This document shows, piece by piece, positions 36,577 to 46,849 of a stretch of 64,000 bases of DNA. Within the stretch, counting starts at the first letter, position 1; each line of letters begins with the position of its first letter. The DNA lies in contig DAINSK010000008.1 of assembly GCA_036741355.1 (NCBI GenBank), positions 19,757 through 83,756 of the forward strand. Direction: 5' to 3'. Position numbers and translations under genes: made by a program. Source of the DNA: Chloroflexota bacterium (GTDB lineage: Bacteria; Chloroflexota; Dehalococcoidia; CAUJGQ01). The notes below the pieces were generated by a model, which was not told the origin of the DNA, did not search any database, and saw only the letters and a list, made by a program, of their open reading frames with translations.

Positions 36577-37686
36577 ATGCGCCGTACGGTTACGATGGTC
36601 CTTTCCTCGATTTTGGTCTGCACCGTTCTTGGCGGAGGCAGCCGTTCCGGAGCCGCCGCAGCCAGCCACGGAGAACCGCGCCGCGTTCGCGTGATTATTT
36701 CAACCGATATCGCAACTGGCCTTCAGGGCGGGTGGCGCGGCGGAATCAACGATATCGACGACGGGCTGGCCGTCGCGATGGCGCTGTCCGACCCTGCCCT
36801 GGACGTCCGGGGCATCGTGCCGACGTTCGGTAACAACGACCTGGGGCCGGAGATGGTGGTCGCCGAGCGTCTCGTCCACGACCTTTTAGGCTCCTCGGTG
36901 CCCATTTATCCCGGCGCCGCCGTTCCGCTGTCCGACCCACAGGTCGCCTGGTTCGACGGCACCGCGGTCACCGAGTCGTGCGTGAACGACGGCGTCCGCT
37001 TCATGGCGTCGGAGTTGCGGCGCGGTCCCGTCACCGTGCTGGCGCTCGGCCCGCTGACCGATGTCGCCTGCCTGGTGCAGAATTTCCCGCGTGAGGCGAA
37101 CAATATTGCCGAAGTCGTATCGATCATGAGGCGAGCGCCCGGGCAGAGCTTCGCCATCGGTCCGATTTCGGGTCTCACCGACTTCAATCTGGCCAGGGAT
37201 CCGCGGGCTGCGCAGATTGTGTTGGAAGAGTCGGCCGTGCCGTTGACGTTTCTCACCTTTGCGCTGACCAGCAGCGCCTTCGTCCCGAGCAGCGCCATCG
37301 AAGCCCTCCGCGGTAACCCATCGCCGTTGGCGCGCTTCGTGGTCGACAGCGCCGATCCGTGGGTCGCGTTCTGGCAGAAGACCTTCCGAGAGGACGGGTT
37401 CCACCCTTGGGACCAGAATGCGGTCTATTATCCCGCCCACCGCGACACGTTTTTGTGCGTGCAGGCACAGCCCCAGTTCGTGCGCTGTCCGAGCGACCCG
37501 TATCACAGCGACGCCGACAACCCCTGCGCCGGTCACGGACCGGGACAGCCGACGAGCCTGGACAGGGAATCCGCGCAGCTCTGGTTGACAGCGGATACAG
37601 GTGGCCGGGCGACCATGTGCAGCGCCTACGCGAGCGATACTGCAAGGCAAGCCTTTCTCAACGCTACCGTCGCCTTCCTGGATTGA
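36577..37686 (+). CDS. secreted inosine-uridine-preferring nucleoside hydrolase family protein
   Basis: VIISTDIATGLQGGWRGGINDIDDGLAVAMAL is the IUNH DXDXXXDD-type Asp cluster, preceded by a signal peptide. Confidence 0.75.
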   Translation: MRRTVTMVLSSILVCTVLGGGSRSGAAAASHGEPRRVRVIISTDIATGLQGGWRGGINDIDDGLAVAMALSDPALDVRGIVPTFGNNDLGPEMVVAERLVHDLLGSSVPIYPGAAVPLSDPQVAWFDGTAVTESCVNDGVRFMASELRRGPVTVLALGPLTDVACLVQNFPREANNIAEVVSIMRRAPGQSFAIGPISGLTDFNLARDPRAAQIVLEESAVPLTFLTFALTSSAFVPSSAIEALRGNPSPLARFVVDSADPWVAFWQKTFREDGFHPWDQNAVYYPAHRDTFLCVQAQPQFVRCPSDPYHSDADNPCAGHGPGQPTSLDRESAQLWLTADTGGRATMCSAYASDTARQAFLNATVAFLD

Positions 37687-37716
37687 TAGAGAGACGACAC
37701 CATCACCGGCTTCCGG

Positions 37717-38493
37717 CTACTCTCCGGTCTGGGGCACGAGCACATACGAGGCGATGGTGGCCTTGCCGAGGTCTGAATACGGGAACTCGAAGTCGTCACC
37801 CTGGTGCGGTGAAAACGCGTTTTCTTGGAAGACGGCCTGGCCGGCCCGCACGACCTTGCCGGCCGAGTCATAGAACGTGGCGACCAATTCCGGCGAATTG
37901 ATCGTGGATCCGGTCGTGTTGGTGAGCTTTCCCGCGAGCGAGTAACCGCCTTTTGTCGTCGTGGTGACCTTTTCGCCGCTGACCACCAGTCCTTGCACCG
38001 GCTGTTGATCGGTCGGTTCACCCTCGGCAGTGAGATCGTATGACCCGACCTTCGCCTTGAGCTTCTTACCATCGCCAAAGACGAAGTAGAACGGCGTCCG
38101 TTCGCCTGCCGGTGTCATATTGCGCATACCGGTCGTCTCGGTCGTAGACTGCGCCACTGGTTTCTTGTTCGAATCGAACAGGGTCACGTGGATCGTGATC
38201 TCGCCGGCCGCCGTACTGGTATTGTTTCGGACCTCACCGTAGATCTCGTACGAGTCATTGGTGGCCAGGTTATCGGTGGAGCTGAGCACCTCAAACGACG
38301 GCGCACCGGGCGCCGGAGATGAGCTGACGTCCACAGACGAGGACGACCCGTTTTGCGCCGTGGCGACACTTGCCTGCGAACCCTGCGCCGTCGCGTTTGA
38401 TGGCGGAGCTTTCGAGGCTGCGCTCTTTCCCCCGCCACAGGCCGCTGCCAGGCCCAGAACCGTAACGATAGCCGCCAACGCCACAGCGCGCAT
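37717..38493 (-). CDS. lipoprotein, function unknown
   Basis: A lipobox LGLAAAC is followed by a Ser/Thr-rich linker and a beta-rich domain. Confidence 0.5.
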   Translation of the reverse strand: MRAVALAAIVTVLGLAAACGGGKSAASKAPPSNATAQGSQASVATAQNGSSSSVDVSSSPAPGAPSFEVLSSTDNLATNDSYEIYGEVRNNTSTAAGEITIHVTLFDSNKKPVAQSTTETTGMRNMTPAGERTPFYFVFGDGKKLKAKVGSYDLTAEGEPTDQQPVQGLVVSGEKVTTTTKGGYSLAGKLTNTTGSTINSPELVATFYDSAGKVVRAGQAVFQENAFSPHQGDDFEFPYSDLGKATIASYVLVPQTGE

Positions 38494-38648
38494 CGCGACC
38501 CTCCCCTGCCAGGCTGAACGCGTGAAACTTTTTGCTTACCAGACCAGTATTCAACAACTTTCGGCGGTTTCCGAGAACACAAACGGTAAAGCCGTGAAAG
38601 CCGATGGTGAAGGGAACTGGACTCTGACGATTCAATAGCTGGGACGCC

Positions 38649-38688
38649 GTCAAACCCGTCGATGCTGTGAACGTTCGACGGGTTTGAC
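38649..38688. promoter_or_regulatory. perfect 13-bp inverted repeat (gtcaaacccgtcg / cgacgggtttgac) with a 14-nt loop, in a divergent intergenic region
   Basis: Seen directly in the sequence. It lies between the divergent lipoprotein gene and the MFS gene. It is a candidate operator or leader hairpin. Confidence 0.3.
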
Positions 38689-38902
38689 CGTCGCCGGCGT
38701 CACAACTATCCTGAACGAGTCCTGCGCGCTACCGCAGGCACACCTATTGAGGCAGACATGATCGGCGTCTTCAGGTCGTATTTCCAGCTTCACATCATCG
38801 CCAGAGCCTCAGCCGCGCACGAGCCTGGCGGCAGTCTGCCCATTTTCACCTCCTAGTCCGCTCCAGGTCCGAACCCGCAGACCGCGCAGGCCATCGCCAG
38901 CG

Positions 38903-40201
38903 GTGGTCTTTCCGTACGTGGAGCGGCCGAAGGGGGCTCACTTGGACGGCGCACAACATACTGACCTGGGCGTGGCCGCCACAACACCGCCGGCCTCGCT
39001 GTGGCGCAACCGCGATTACCTCGTCTTGTGGTGCGGACAGGGCGTCTCGAATATCGGCTCACAGGCCTCCGCGTTGGCGTTGCCGCTGTTGATGCTCGCG
39101 CTCACGGGTTCGCCCGCGCAGGCGGGGGTTCTCGGCGGTCTGCGCGGACTTGCATATGTGCTTTTTGGACTTCCCGCTGGGGCGCTTGCGGACCGCTGGA
39201 ATCGGAAACGCGTGCTGGTCGTTTGCGACCTGGGGCGCGCGATCGCAATGGCGAGCATCCCGATTGCGATAGTCGCCGGTCACCTGTCGGCGCCGCAGCT
39301 TTACCTCGTCAGCTTTGTCGAAGGCACGTTGTTCATTCTCTTTGGACTCGCCGAGACGGCCTGTGTCACGCGCGTGGTGCCGGCGGCGCAACTGCCGGCC
39401 GCAATTGCCCAAAACCAGGCGAGCGATGCGACGTCGACTCTCGTTGGACCGCTGATCGCCGGCACACTCTATAGCATCAGCCGAGCGCTTCCGTTTGTGG
39501 CCGATGCGGTTTCCTACACGTTTTCGGTAGTGTCGATCCTGTTTATCCGTACACGGCTACAAGCGAACCGGACCAGGTCGGAGCGCCGGCTAAGAACGGA
39601 GATAGGCGAAGGCGTGCGCTGGATCTGGCGACGCCCGGTGTTACGGCTGCTGATATCGCTCAACGGTGGAATCAACATCATTTTCGGCGGCTGGACGTTG
39701 GTGCTCATTCAGCTTGCGCAGCGCCAGGGAGCAAACGCGGCGACGATCGGGTTGATTTTCGCCGGCGGCGGGGCCGGCACCGTTCTCGGCGCCGTGCTCG
39801 CCCCGGTATTTCAGCGCCGGTTTACCGTGAACCAGATTGTGATTGGTGTGGCGTGGCTGTTCGCGATCACCTGGCCGCCCCCTGCGCTCGCGCCGAACGC
39901 GCTCACACTCGGCATCGTCAACGCCGTCGGCTTCTTTTTCGTCCCGATCACCAGCGGCACGCAACTCAGTTACCGGCTGTTGCTGGTACCCGACGCACTG
40001 CAGGGCCGCGTAAACAGCGTTTTCCGGTTGACCGGATTCGGCGGCGGCGCGTTGGGATTTCTGATAACGGGGCTGCTGCTTCAGTGGTACGGCCCCGTCG
40101 CAGCGGTTTGGATCACGTTTGTGCCGGCGGTCGCGCTTGCCCTCGCGCCGACGTTGAACCGGTCCCTGCGTGGAGTCGGCAAGATCTCGACCGTGGCGTG
40201 A
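38903..40201 (+). CDS. MFS transporter
   Basis: 12 predicted TM helices. MFS signature-like GLPAGALADRWNRKRV. Confidence 0.8.
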   Translation: MVFPYVERPKGAHLDGAQHTDLGVAATTPPASLWRNRDYLVLWCGQGVSNIGSQASALALPLLMLALTGSPAQAGVLGGLRGLAYVLFGLPAGALADRWNRKRVLVVCDLGRAIAMASIPIAIVAGHLSAPQLYLVSFVEGTLFILFGLAETACVTRVVPAAQLPAAIAQNQASDATSTLVGPLIAGTLYSISRALPFVADAVSYTFSVVSILFIRTRLQANRTRSERRLRTEIGEGVRWIWRRPVLRLLISLNGGINIIFGGWTLVLIQLAQRQGANAATIGLIFAGGGAGTVLGAVLAPVFQRRFTVNQIVIGVAWLFAITWPPPALAPNALTLGIVNAVGFFFVPITSGTQLSYRLLLVPDALQGRVNSVFRLTGFGGGALGFLITGLLLQWYGPVAAVWITFVPAVALALAPTLNRSLRGVGKISTVA

Positions 40202-40252
40202 AGCTCAAGGTGGATATAAATGCGATACTGAATCGCCAGCCAATCTTGAAGT

Positions 40253-40882
40253 GTGCCTATGCGAGCCGGTCCCCGACACCAAGATGAACTAGCCCCGGTC
40301 GCAGGACCGGCGATAGTTCGGCGGCAGTTTCTCGCGTTCGCCGCTGCCGGCGTCGCGGCGCTCGCGGCTTCGTGCAGCGGCGAGACCAGAAAGCAGCCGG
40401 CCCAGCCGGTGGCGCCCTCCGGCGGATCTGCCGCGGCAGGAACCCCCACTGCTGCTCCGAGCCCGGAGGTACAGCGCTTCCTGGCGCTGGCCGCTCTGCT
40501 TACCGGGGTACCCCAGCAACAGCTGGACTCCGCCGCCGGTCAGCGATACCTAACTGCACTTCAGACGCCTCCAGTTGGGGGGATGCCCGTCGATCAACTC
40601 GAACAGGCGGCCGGCGTCTCCGGATCGGTGGCGCCAGCGTTCGCCGACCTCACAAGCAAGGGTGTCCTCGCTACGACCCCCGCCAAGACGACGGCCCAGG
40701 CAGTCGCGGAGCTGTGGTACAGCGGACAGGTGCCCGCCCTTTCCGGCAGCGGCAGCCCCGGCAGCGCCACTTCCGTGGTTGCCTACGCCAACGCGCTTGG
40801 ATGGAAGGCGCTGACGTTTGCCGGCGCGCCCGGCACCTGCGGCGGCCCGTTCGGTTTCTGGAGCGCGCGGCCGTCAGCATGA
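40253..40882 (+). CDS. gluconate 2-dehydrogenase subunit-3-family protein (Tat-exported small subunit of a membrane sugar dehydrogenase)
   Basis: A twin-arginine motif RRQFLAFAAAGVAALAAS. Encoded immediately upstream of a GMC flavoprotein, as in GADH-type operons. Confidence 0.65.
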   Translation: MPMRAGPRHQDELAPVAGPAIVRRQFLAFAAAGVAALAASCSGETRKQPAQPVAPSGGSAAAGTPTAAPSPEVQRFLALAALLTGVPQQQLDSAAGQRYLTALQTPPVGGMPVDQLEQAAGVSGSVAPAFADLTSKGVLATTPAKTTAQAVAELWYSGQVPALSGSGSPGSATSVVAYANALGWKALTFAGAPGTCGGPFGFWSARPSA

Positions 40883-40934
40883 CGCCTCCCCGTTTTCAGA
40901 CCTTAGATCAGCGAATCTAAACGAGGGACTACCA

Positions 40935-42566
40935 GTGGCGAACCAGTATCAGGCGGACGTCGTGATCGTGGGCGCGGGACTTGCCGGCGGGCTTGCCGCA
41001 TATGTGCTGGCCGGGGCCGGCGCCAAAGTTCTCGTGCTGGAATCGGGTCCAACGCGCGATCGCAGCCAGGCGCTTCAGACCTTCACGCAAACGCCGAATG
41101 ATCTAAAGGGTTTGCCGGAAGCGCCGTATCCGGAGGTCCCGTACGCGCCAAAGCCATCGACGATAGACCAGCAGCGCTATCTCATTCAGCAGGGGCCGGA
41201 CATGTTCCGGAGCACCTACGAGCGCCAGGTCGGCGGCACAACCTGGCACTGGCTCGGCTCGTCGTTTCGCCTCGTTCCCAACGACTTCAACGTGCGGGCG
41301 AGTTACGGGGTCGGCATGGACTGGCCGCTGTCGTACAGCGACCTGGAAAAGTGGTACGGCACGGCGGAGAATGAGTTGGGGGTTTCCGGCGATGACAGCG
41401 AAGACCTCGGAGTCAAACGCAGCAGCCCGTATCCAATGCCGCCGATCCCGAAGAGTTTTCTCGACCAGCAGGTCGCGGCGGCGGCGAAGGGGCTCGCATT
41501 GGTCGTCTCGACCACGCCCGCGGCCCGAGCATCGCAGATCTACGACGGCCGGCCGCCCTGCTGCGGCAACCACCTGTGTATTCCCATCTGCCCAATCCAG
41601 GCGAAATACGACGCGACGGTCCACACCGCCAAGGCGCAGAAGAAGGGCGCTCAGATCCTCGACCAGGCGATCGCGTATGGCGTAGACGTAGATTCGAGCG
41701 GCAAGGTGAGCGGCATCCGCTTCAAGCGCCCCGACGGCACGCAGGCGACAGCTACCGGCAAGGTCTACGTCATCGCCGCGCACGCGATCGAGACGCCGAA
41801 GCTGCTGCTTATGTCACGCAGCGCCGCGCTGCCCAACGGCGTCGCGAACTCGAGCGGCCAGGTGGGGCGAAACCTGATGGACCACCCGACGCTGTTGAGC
41901 TACGCGCTCAGCAGACAGCCTGTGTACCCTTACCGCGGCCCGCTCTCGACGTCGGGAATCGAGAACCTCCGGGATGGGGAGTTCAGGAAGTCGCGCGGAG
42001 CGTTTCGCATCGAGATCGGCAACGATGGCTGGTCGTGGCCTGTCGGAAGTATGACCCAGATCGCCGCCGACCTGATCGCAAAGCAAGGGGTGCTGGGACC
42101 GCAGCTCGTGCAGATGCTCAACGACCAGGCATCGCGCCACATTCGCATGGCGAGCCTGGTCGAGCAACTCGGGGATCCGAATAACCGTGTCTCGGTGGCG
42201 TTCGACCAGGTGGACGCGATCGGTATCCCGCGGCCGGTGATTCAGTACAAGGTGAGCCAGTACACCCTGGACGGGATGGCTGCCGCGCGTGAGACACACC
42301 AGCAGCTCTACCAGGCGATGGGCGCAACCCAGGTGCAGTTCGTCGATGGCTACCAGGGAGCCGGACACATCATGGGCACCTACCGCATGGGAGCGGACGC
42401 GAAGAGCTCGGTCGTCGACGCCAACCAGCGCTCGCATGACCACCAGAACCTGTATTTGCTGGGCAGCGGCGTTTTCCCCAGCTCGGGTTGCTCTAACCCG
42501 TCGCTCACGATCGCGGCGCTGGCGCTGCGCGCGGCCAATACGATTAAGGCGGACCTGCACAAGTAG
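40935..42566 (+). CDS. GMC-family FAD-dependent oxidoreductase (dehydrogenase large subunit)
   Basis: ADVVIVGAGLAGGLAA is the FAD-binding GxGxxG motif. The GMC C-terminal motifs are present (GTYRMGAD...VVDANQRSHDHQNLYLLGSGVFPSSGCSNPSLTIAALALR). A GTG at 40935 with a GAGGGA RBS avoids an overlap with the upstream gene. Confidence 0.85.
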   Translation: MANQYQADVVIVGAGLAGGLAAYVLAGAGAKVLVLESGPTRDRSQALQTFTQTPNDLKGLPEAPYPEVPYAPKPSTIDQQRYLIQQGPDMFRSTYERQVGGTTWHWLGSSFRLVPNDFNVRASYGVGMDWPLSYSDLEKWYGTAENELGVSGDDSEDLGVKRSSPYPMPPIPKSFLDQQVAAAAKGLALVVSTTPAARASQIYDGRPPCCGNHLCIPICPIQAKYDATVHTAKAQKKGAQILDQAIAYGVDVDSSGKVSGIRFKRPDGTQATATGKVYVIAAHAIETPKLLLMSRSAALPNGVANSSGQVGRNLMDHPTLLSYALSRQPVYPYRGPLSTSGIENLRDGEFRKSRGAFRIEIGNDGWSWPVGSMTQIAADLIAKQGVLGPQLVQMLNDQASRHIRMASLVEQLGDPNNRVSVAFDQVDAIGIPRPVIQYKVSQYTLDGMAAARETHQQLYQAMGATQVQFVDGYQGAGHIMGTYRMGADAKSSVVDANQRSHDHQNLYLLGSGVFPSSGCSNPSLTIAALALRAANTIKADLHK

Positions 42567-42672
42567 GACCGGCGGAGTATCGCACTAACGCCTCCTGTGG
42601 GGGACGCTTGTCCAGCAGGGGACGGCTTCTATGTCGGTTCTGGGGCGTCCGCACGGTGCTGTCGCGGCCATC

Positions 42673-44070
42673 TCATTCAAGCACACGGACCGCCATGTCT
42701 TGGCGGCCAGACGGTATGCGCCGCTGCAGCGAAGATCGGCCGTCTTGGGTCGTGAGCACGGTTCCGCCGCTGCCGACCAGCACTCCGTCCACCATGATCA
42801 CGTTGCCGCCGGCCATCGACAGGGCCGCGTGGCCGCGTTCGAGGTCGAGAACGGTAACGTCGGCGTCTGCTCCGGGACCCAAATGCCCCTTGCTGTGGCA
42901 GCCGATCATCGCCGCGCCGTTAGTGCTGGCTTTTCGCACGAACTCTTCGAGCGTGAGCGCGCCAAATCGAACCAAGGGCAACCCCTGTTCGACGATCGTG
43001 TTGCGCGGGATGCCGCCGCCGTCAGTGCTCAGCGCGTCGATCGAGAACCGGCCGTCAGCTTCTTTGGCTACAGCCAGCGCGATCGCGGCCCCCGGCGGGT
43101 TAACAGCAAAACTGAGGCCGGCGTTGGTGCCGGCCTCCCTCCAGGCGCGCTCGCCGGATTCGCCGCAGAGCAGCTGAGTCTCGGCACCTGCCGTCGTCCA
43201 AACATTGGCCCAGCCGGCGACGATCGCCGAATCCAAGCCCGCCTCGGTGGCGTCGAAGCCCCCCATGCGCAGGCAGGTTCGCGTCACGCGGCTCACCGGC
43301 AGACCATCCTCACAGGAGCCGCTGGTGCCGTTCAACGACGACAGGTACGACTCCGACCGGGCGCCGGGCGCCGCACGCAGCGCGGCCAGTGCACGCTGGC
43401 ACTCTGCCAACGGGTCCGTTACCTGGCCGCGGCAGTACGAGTTGATGTGGGCGATGTGAACCGGCAGACCGTCGGCGACGCGCACGACCTCCTCGAGTCC
43501 CTCGATGTCGCTGCCGTGCTCGGTCGAGCCGGCATGAACGGCGACATACGCTCCCCGGCGATGCGCGGCGGCGATCGTCCGATTGAGGCAGCCCGGCGTA
43601 ATCGGATAGTGGCCGCCAACGCACTTCACGCCTATGGCTCCGTCGCGAAGGGATGCGGCGATGAAACGTTCGACTTCCGCCGCGCCGGGATCCGGGCTCG
43701 ATACGGTTCGGCCGGGAAGCACGGCGCGCAGGAACGCGACGTTGAGCCCGGCGCCCACGGCTTCAATGCCGTTCATCAACTCCCCGGCCTCGCCTGAGAG
43801 ATCGAGAGCGGTCGTGACGCCGACTCGCGCCATCATCCGGTGGCCGTTGCGACCTTCAAGTCCGATCCCGGAGACGTGGGCGTGCGTGTCGATAATGCCG
43901 GGCATCACCATTCGCCCGGTCACATCGATCACCCGTGCGGTTCCGACAGCCGTCAGTGCAGGGCCAACAGCGGTGATGCGGCCGTCCTCAATTTCGACGT
44001 CAAGGAGTCCGTCGACACCGTTCGCCGGATCGACCACGCGCCCGCCGGCCAGCACCGTTCGCGGGTTCAC
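42673..44070 (-). CDS. amidohydrolase-superfamily metallohydrolase
   Basis: MPGIIDTHAHV is the HxH metal motif. The protein has an N-terminal composite beta-sandwich and the remaining amidohydrolase fold. Confidence 0.75.
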   Translation of the reverse strand: MNPRTVLAGGRVVDPANGVDGLLDVEIEDGRITAVGPALTAVGTARVIDVTGRMVMPGIIDTHAHVSGIGLEGRNGHRMMARVGVTTALDLSGEAGELMNGIEAVGAGLNVAFLRAVLPGRTVSSPDPGAAEVERFIAASLRDGAIGVKCVGGHYPITPGCLNRTIAAAHRRGAYVAVHAGSTEHGSDIEGLEEVVRVADGLPVHIAHINSYCRGQVTDPLAECQRALAALRAAPGARSESYLSSLNGTSGSCEDGLPVSRVTRTCLRMGGFDATEAGLDSAIVAGWANVWTTAGAETQLLCGESGERAWREAGTNAGLSFAVNPPGAAIALAVAKEADGRFSIDALSTDGGGIPRNTIVEQGLPLVRFGALTLEEFVRKASTNGAAMIGCHSKGHLGPGADADVTVLDLERGHAALSMAGGNVIMVDGVLVGSGGTVLTTQDGRSSLQRRIPSGRQDMAVRVLE

Positions 44071-44177
44071 TTATGCGACCTCCGCATGCCAAGTAGCTAC
44101 AGATGGGGCGCGCTGAACAAGAGATAGCATAGGACCGCCTGCGATGCGACTGGCTTGAAGCGCTCGGAGTTACCGGC

Positions 44178-44252
44178 GCCCCCTATCTCCCCAGCCCTCT
44201 TTCCCCCAATACTAGGGGCAAGAGGGGCGGAAGGGCACGGGGGTTAGGGGGC
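44178..44252. repeat. GC-rich palindromic repeat, copy 6 (composite)
   Basis: ccctatctccccagccctctttccccc-aatact-aggggcaagagggg, plus an inverted partial copy of the copy-3 flank (cggaagggcacgggggttagggggcc). Confidence 0.55.
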
Positions 44253-44258
44253 CGGATC

Positions 44259-45605
44259 ATGACGCAAACGGCGGGCGTAGAAAGCCACCTCTTCGGGCGT
44301 TCCGCGGCGCGACCGGCACCGCGAGTGACGAGAGCCGAAGGTGTCTGGATCGAGACCGAAGACGGGCGGCGCATACTGGACGGCTCATCGGGTGCGCTGG
44401 TGGCGTCGATCGGGCACGGCGTGACCGAAGTGATCGAGGCGCAGCGGGCACAGGCCGAGTCGGTCAGCTACGTTCACGGCACGCATTTCACCGTCGATGC
44501 ACAGGAGTTGCTCGCCGAGCGGCTGTCCGCACTCGCTCCCGGTGACCTCGACCGCGTATATCCGGTCTCCGGCGGATCGGAAGCCAACGAGTCGGCGATG
44601 AAGCTAGCACGGCAGTACTTCCTCGAAACCGGACGACCGTCCCGTCACAAAGTGATCGCCCGCTGGACCAGCTACCACGGCAACACGCTCGGGGCGCTGT
44701 CGCTGTCCGGCCACGTCGCGCGCCGGCGCCAGTACACGCCGATGCTGTTGGACGAGCCGCACATTCCGCCGTGCTACTGCTACCGCTGCCCCTTCGACCT
44801 CGAATACCCATCGTGCGGCGTCAAGTGCGCCCACGCCCTCGAAGATGAAATCAAGCGCCAGGGACCCGAGTACGTCGCCGCATTCATCGCCGAGCCGATC
44901 GTCGGCGCCGCGGGCGGCGCACTGACGCCGCCACCTGACTACTTCCCGATCATCCGCGCGATCTGCGACCGCTATGAAGTGTTGTTCATCGCCGACGAGG
45001 TGATGACCGGCATCGGGCGGACCGGCAAATCCTTTGCGGTGAACCATTGGAACGTGGTGCCCGACGTCATAACGACCGGCAAGGGAGTCAGCGGCGGCTA
45101 TGCGCCTCTCGCCGCCATGATCGTGCGGCGGCCAATCTACGAAGCGATCGCAAACGGCAGCGGCGCCTTTGTCAACGGCTTTACTTATGGCGGTCACGCG
45201 CCGTCCATGGCTGCCGGCGCTGCCGTGTTGAAATACGTGGCCGACCACGACCTCGTGGCGAACGCTGCTCGCCGCGGCGCGTATCTCGCAGCAAAGCTCG
45301 AGCCCTTGCGCTCGCGTCGGATCGTCGGCGACATCCGCGGCATGGGCCTGATGTGGGGGATCGAGTTCGTCCGCGATCGAGCAACCAAGGCGCCGTTCCC
45401 GCGTTCGCTGCAGATCGCGGAACGCGTCGGCGCTATCGCCTTCGAGCGCGGCCTGATCATCTATCCGGGCTTCGGAAACGCCGATGGCGTCGACGGAGAT
45501 CAGATCCTCATCGGTCCGCCGCTCGTCATCACGGAAGCCGAGATCGACCTGCTCGTCGAGATGCTGACCGCCGCGATTGACGAGGTAGACGCTTCCGTGC
45601 CCTGA
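44259..45605 (+). CDS. class-III (omega) aminotransferase, PLP-dependent
   Basis: SGGSEANESAMKLAR...FIADEVMTGIGRTGKSFA are the PLP-lysine region and the class-III motifs. Confidence 0.88.
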   Translation: MTQTAGVESHLFGRSAARPAPRVTRAEGVWIETEDGRRILDGSSGALVASIGHGVTEVIEAQRAQAESVSYVHGTHFTVDAQELLAERLSALAPGDLDRVYPVSGGSEANESAMKLARQYFLETGRPSRHKVIARWTSYHGNTLGALSLSGHVARRRQYTPMLLDEPHIPPCYCYRCPFDLEYPSCGVKCAHALEDEIKRQGPEYVAAFIAEPIVGAAGGALTPPPDYFPIIRAICDRYEVLFIADEVMTGIGRTGKSFAVNHWNVVPDVITTGKGVSGGYAPLAAMIVRRPIYEAIANGSGAFVNGFTYGGHAPSMAAGAAVLKYVADHDLVANAARRGAYLAAKLEPLRSRRIVGDIRGMGLMWGIEFVRDRATKAPFPRSLQIAERVGAIAFERGLIIYPGFGNADGVDGDQILIGPPLVITEAEIDLLVEMLTAAIDEVDASVP

Positions 45606-45715
45606 CGCAGCCGCACGGCGCTTGCGACGTATGTTGACAAGGGCGTTACACTTTCACAGAATGTACCGGTGCCCCATAGCGGCAATCCTAGAACGAAGTG
45701 TGAAGGGAAGCGGCA

Positions 45716-46849
45716 TTGATATCTCACAGCGCTGGGGTGCCGAAGCGCCTTTTACGTCCCCAGCTTCTGGCCTGCCTGGCGTTTGTGCTGGCGGTTGCCG
45801 CGCTACCTTTCCATCATCGAACCGCACACGCGGATGTCGCATCCGACACGGTCCACTACCGCGCGGGCTGGAACCTTGTGGCCGCACCGACCGGAACCGT
45901 GCTGGAAAAAGCGACCGGGCAGCAGTTCGCATTCGGTCCCGGTTCAAGCGATTACCAGCCGGTCCGCCGCGGTGAGATCATCGCCGGTCGGGCGGTGTTT
46001 GCGTTCTTTCCTCAGGACACCGACCTTAGCCTCGGCCGAACCGCGTCTGAGTTCACCCGCACCATATCTAGGCCGGATCAGTGGACGCTGATTGGCAATC
46101 CAAGTTCGTCTGTGACGCTGCAGATCACCGGCGCTGACGCCGCGCTCGCGTACGACGCAAGTCGCGGCTACTACGCGGTGACGGAACTAGCGCCTGGTCA
46201 GGGCGCCTGGGTAATTTCTCACGGCGGCACTGACATCGAAGTCGGAAAGGCGGCAAACGGATCGCTGTCGGAGAAGGTGCGCAGCCTGCAGGCGGGCCTT
46301 ACGCAGGACGCAACCGACGTATCGAACTTCGCCGCCCTGCCTGCTGTAGCAGATGAGCTGTTAAAAGCGCACGACTACGGCCAAGTGCAACAAGCGATGG
46401 ACGACGTGCGCGCCGCATTCGAGGACGGACTGCGGCTGGAGCACAGCGCGCCGCTCAGCGGGATCACCGCCGTTCAACTCGACGGGTTGGTGCGGGTACG
46501 CGAAGCGCTGGCGCGTGCGCAGGACGCTGTTTCGGCCGGCGATCTCGATAGCGCGAACCGTGCCGTGAACGAAGCACAGGCGGTAGGCCAGGCGTCGGAA
46601 GACGATGGCGTTGCAGTCGCGCGGGCCCGTGGGACCAGCGGATCGCTTCGATTCGCAGGTGCGCTGCTTTCGCTCGTTCAGGACGCGCCCACTCCCGCCA
46701 ACCTTGCCGCGTACGGTGCATTGTGCCTCGCCGCTCTTCCGGCCCTGGGGATGGCGCTGCCGCCGCAGCCGCCCTTTGTCCAGGTAGTCGTAGCAACACT
46801 TACCGGAGCACCGATTCCGCCCGCGGCCGGTGCGTCACCGGCCCCGTAA
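45716..46849 (+). CDS. secreted hypothetical protein with a Pro/Ala-rich C-terminus, terminated by an in-frame TAA
   Basis: A signal peptide (LLACLAFVLAVAALP). The ORF ends ...PIPPAAGASPAP*. The same frame continues open for 117 more codons (46850..47203). Confidence 0.55.
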   Translation: MISHSAGVPKRLLRPQLLACLAFVLAVAALPFHHRTAHADVASDTVHYRAGWNLVAAPTGTVLEKATGQQFAFGPGSSDYQPVRRGEIIAGRAVFAFFPQDTDLSLGRTASEFTRTISRPDQWTLIGNPSSSVTLQITGADAALAYDASRGYYAVTELAPGQGAWVISHGGTDIEVGKAANGSLSEKVRSLQAGLTQDATDVSNFAALPAVADELLKAHDYGQVQQAMDDVRAAFEDGLRLEHSAPLSGITAVQLDGLVRVREALARAQDAVSAGDLDSANRAVNEAQAVGQASEDDGVAVARARGTSGSLRFAGALLSLVQDAPTPANLAAYGALCLAALPALGMALPPQPPFVQVVVATLTGAPIPPAAGASPAP

